Source of the DNA: Synechococcus sp. A15-28
GTDB taxonomy: Bacteria > Cyanobacteriota > Cyanobacteriia > PCC-6307 > Cyanobiaceae
Direction of reading: 5' to 3'
Assembly: GCF_014280175.1 (NCBI RefSeq)
Contig: NZ_CP047931.1
Span: forward strand, 270,001-302,000
Length of the DNA: 32,000 nt
In this document: positions 29,633 through 32,000 of the stretch, in pieces
How positions within the stretch are numbered: the first letter of the stretch is position 1
How the letters are laid out: every line of letters begins with the position of its first letter
Notes under the pieces: generated by a model
The model's input: only the letters and a program-made list of their open reading frames with translations
The model's database searches: none
What the model was told of the DNA's origin: nothing
Program-made: the position numbers and the translations under genes

Positions 29633-30351
29633 GGAGCCAGACGGGCGCGGTGCAGTCGGCTCTTTTCGTACCAGCCGGCGAATTCAGGTGCCCAGGCCAC
29701 CATGTGGGGCCACATCAGATCGCAAAGCTGGCGGATTTCCAGCTGGGCATCGAGCTTGGCCCGAAGATCCATGAAATGCAGAAAGGCCCGCAGGCTGAAG
29801 CTCACCACAAAGTGCTGGCGGTAGTCGAAAGGGAGGATGCCTCGGGCATGCTCTTCAGCGAAGCCTGCCTGCAGCAGGTCGCGATAGCGGCGAGCAGCAG
29901 CTCGGCAGAGATCGAGATCCAAGGACCGCTGGCTTTCGGGGTAGGCGTACTTCTTGCCCTGGCGATCGCTGTAGTCACCGACCGGTCGCAGGTAGAAAAC
30001 CTCCTCCAGATCCAGCTCCCCTTCTGCGGCGCGACAGATGCGCTCGCCGGTGTAGCGCATGGATTGCACATCGAAGCTGACCCCAACCCGGTGCGTGCGG
30101 GCCTGCTGCATCACCGAATGGGGAAACCAGCCCACATTCAGCACGATCTGGGCGTGCTCCATCGGTCCGTAATGACCGCGTTCGCCCGACAGAAGGCGTT
30201 TGACGCAGATCTCACCAGCCCGTTGTTCATCCGGCCAGTTGTCACGATCAGCCGCGACGAAACCCTCGCTGTAGTCCTGATGCATGGCCGCATACACGCA
30301 GAGCTGAGGGTTGGGTGTGGCAGCGATCAGATCAACCCGGAAGCGATCCAT
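29629..30351 (-). CDS. thyX: Flavin-dependent thymidylate synthase
   Basis: 240 aa; LLSGERGHYGPMEHAQIVLNVGWFPHSVMQQARTHRVGVSFDVQSMRYTGER, LRAFLHFMDLRAKLDAQLEIRQL. Confidence 0.93.
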   Translation of the reverse strand: MDRFRVDLIAATPNPQLCVYAAMHQDYSEGFVAADRDNWPDEQRAGEICVKRLLSGERGHYGPMEHAQIVLNVGWFPHSVMQQARTHRVGVSFDVQSMRYTGERICRAAEGELDLEEVFYLRPVGDYSDRQGKKYAYPESQRSLDLDLCRAAARRYRDLLQAGFAEEHARGILPFDYRQHFVVSFSLRAFLHFMDLRAKLDAQLEIRQLCDLMWPHMVAWAPEFAGWYEKSRLHRARLAP

Positions 30352-30428
30352 GGCGATGACGACGGGGCGGTGAGGTGATCATGCCGCTGATCGCAGCAGG
30401 CTGCCCGCGTGAATCCGTCGCGCCGTGA

Positions 30429-30983
30429 TCAACCGTGGCTGCGGGGCCCCGCCGTCAGAGAGGCCTGCAGAGGCGATTCGTCGTCTCGTTCACTCACACG
30501 GCCCAGCCCTTGCAGCGACGGCAGGGGGGACCCTTGGATCAGCGCATTGGCGAGGAGGGAAAGTTCCTCCTCCCGCCTTAGACCGATCGAGCGGCCGACC
30601 GCATCACCGTTGGCGTCAAACAGATTGAGTTGGGGGATGCCGTTGACGTCGTAGCGATCCACCAGATCCTGCCAGCGGGGATTGTCAACGTTCACCATCA
30701 CCACATCCAGCTGTTGTTGGGTGCTTCGTTCCAGCTTCAGCATGGCGGGGGCCATTTCACGGCAGACCTGACACCAGTCGGCGTAGAACTCCACCATCGT
30801 TGGGCGCCCATTGCTGAGGGCAACCTCCGGCTCGAGGGATTGCCTGGCCAGCTGTTCCAGCGGGGAAGCGCTCTGAAGTCCACCCCGCATCGTGCTGAGA
30901 ACCACCGCCAGGACGATGGCAGCCACCACGAGCACGATCCGTTCAACAGGTCCCAGCAAGGGTTGTGGAGAACTGCCTGTCAT
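30429..30983 (-). CDS. Membrane-anchored thioredoxin-like protein (TxlA/HCF164 type)
   Basis: 184 aa; N-terminal TM IVLVVAAIVLAVVLS, MVEFYADWCQVCREMAPAML active site, YDVNGIPQLNLFDANGDAVGRSIG. Confidence 0.88.
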   Translation of the reverse strand: MTGSSPQPLLGPVERIVLVVAAIVLAVVLSTMRGGLQSASPLEQLARQSLEPEVALSNGRPTMVEFYADWCQVCREMAPAMLKLERSTQQQLDVVMVNVDNPRWQDLVDRYDVNGIPQLNLFDANGDAVGRSIGLRREEELSLLANALIQGSPLPSLQGLGRVSERDDESPLQASLTAGPRSHG

Positions 30984-31047
30984 GGGCTTGTCAGGGTGTC
31001 AGTCCACTCTGGCAGTCGTCTTTCTGACCCGTGATTAGCGTGACTTC

Positions 31048-31548
31048 ATGGGTCGGTTTGGGCTGCTGAATCTGCCGCTGCGGGCGCCGATGATCGGTGT
31101 TCTGTTCGGCGTTGCTGTGGTGATGGGCCATCAGTGGTCCATGGCCCAGCAGCAGGTCGTTCAGTCGCGCACCGTCCCTCTGGAATTGCTGTTCGCAGCA
31201 GAAGCGATTCAGGTGCTGGTGGTTCTGGTGATCTGCACGATGCCGGAGTTGCTCATGCAGAGGATTTCCCTGGTGATGGCGTCCAGTCGGGTGATGACGC
31301 TGCTGGTCACGTTGTTGCTGGTGATCGTTCTTGGGATTTACTCGCTGCGGCTGAATTTTCTCTCCGATCTGCTGATCCTGGCGTCTGCGCTGTTGTTGGC
31401 GCGGCTTGACCTGGTTCGTCTCGGGGTTCTGACGGCCCCCCGGGGCTCACTCCTGTTGCTGGGGTTTGTTCTCTACGCCGGTATTGGACTCGGTCACTGC
31501 CTGCCGCATCCCCTGGACGGGGTCGCAAACGGGCCACTCACCGCCTGA
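31048..31548 (+). CDS. Multi-TM hypothetical membrane protein
   Basis: 166 aa with at least four hydrophobic stretches (e.g. VMTLLVTLLLVIVLGIYSL, SDLLILASALLLARLDL, SLLLLGFVLYAGIGLG). Confidence 0.7.
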   Translation: MGRFGLLNLPLRAPMIGVLFGVAVVMGHQWSMAQQQVVQSRTVPLELLFAAEAIQVLVVLVICTMPELLMQRISLVMASSRVMTLLVTLLLVIVLGIYSLRLNFLSDLLILASALLLARLDLVRLGVLTAPRGSLLLLGFVLYAGIGLGHCLPHPLDGVANGPLTA

Positions 31549-32000
31549 GTAACTCAGGACGTTGTCGAGAACTTTTTTGGTGTAGTAACGCGTTTCGGCG
31601 TATGGAATGCGCTCCACCCAGAGCTCGATGGTCGGATCGCTCTTTGGCGAAGGCCAGGAGCTGACGGCGCCTGGCCCAGCGTTGTAACTGGCAATGCTGA
31701 GGAAGGCATTCCCTTCCCAGAGCTGAAGCAGCGATTTCAGGTACGCCGCTCCCAGCAGGATGTTGGTGGATGGGTTCGTCAGGTCTTGCTCCTGCAACGC
31801 TTCATCTGCGACGGAGGCGGCCGTGGAGGGCATCAGCTGCATCACGCCGACGGCGCCAGCCGTGGACCGCACGCCCGGTGAAAAGCGCGATTCCTGTTTG
31901 GCGATGGCCAGCAGCAAGGTTGGATCCACGCGGTGCCGTGATGATGCGGATTCGATGGCTTCTGGGAAGAAGACAGGGTTCTGACTCCGATGCAGCAACA
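31447..32000 (-). CDS. Lytic transglycosylase (Slt/GH23-like), N-terminus beyond window
   Basis: RVDPTLLLAIAKQESRFSPGVRSTAGAVGVMQLMPSTA, SIASYNAGPGAVSSW, WVERIPYAETRYYTKKVL; frame still open at the window edge. Confidence 0.9.
   Translation of the reverse strand, partial: LLHRSQNPVFFPEAIESASSRHRVDPTLLLAIAKQESRFSPGVRSTAGAVGVMQLMPSTAASVADEALQEQDLTNPSTNILLGAAYLKSLLQLWEGNAFLSIASYNAGPGAVSSWPSPKSDPTIELWVERIPYAETRYYTKKVLDNVLSYSGGEWPVCDPVQGMRQAVTESNTGVENKPQQQE

Noticed and set aside
1-32000. CRISPR array, IS element, prophage, toxin-antitoxin, BGC or defence island
   Set aside because: No evenly spaced direct repeats, no transposase/integrase/phage or nuclease-helicase cassettes; genes are recognisable cyanobacterial core functions.

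Overview
This 32 kb window looks like ordinary core chromosome from a marine picocyanobacterium (Synechococcus-type; inferred from gene content, GC-rich coding style and the psbI/psbN/psbH, ntcA, amt and DUF families). It is densely packed with housekeeping genes: partial sensor histidine kinase, DUF3155, esterase, purH, DUF4079, DUF1997, ispH, amt, sfsA, murJ, DUF3181, tRNA-Arg(ACG), glyA, wecA-like, cinA, leuC, leuD, pentapeptide-repeat protein, DUF3769/OstA-like outer-membrane protein, psbI, GH38 alpha-mannosidase, psbN, psbH, tatA, pth, DUF3146, YqgF/RuvC-like, DUF3084, ntcA, rph, a CobO/BtuR-like protein, dcd, thyX, a TxlA/HCF164-like thioredoxin, a membrane protein and a partial lytic transglycosylase. 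I see no CRISPR array, transposon, prophage, toxin-antitoxin or defence cassette, and no clear evidence of a new biological system. The best second-look items are: a near-ideal NtcA-dependent promoter (GTA-N8-TAC, 22 nt, TAN3T) upstream of ntcA; a weaker site with the same geometry upstream of amt; a CobO/BtuR-like protein whose Walker A lysine and threonine are missing; a ThyX with a divergent signature motif; a GH38 gene between psbI and psbN/psbH; a DUF3769 protein with LptA/LptD-like architecture; a 20-bp tandem microduplication across the ispH stop; and a ~350 nt intergenic region with strong hairpins. psbI and psbN are real small genes absent from the supplied ORF track. All identifications are from motif and sequence recognition, without database searches.
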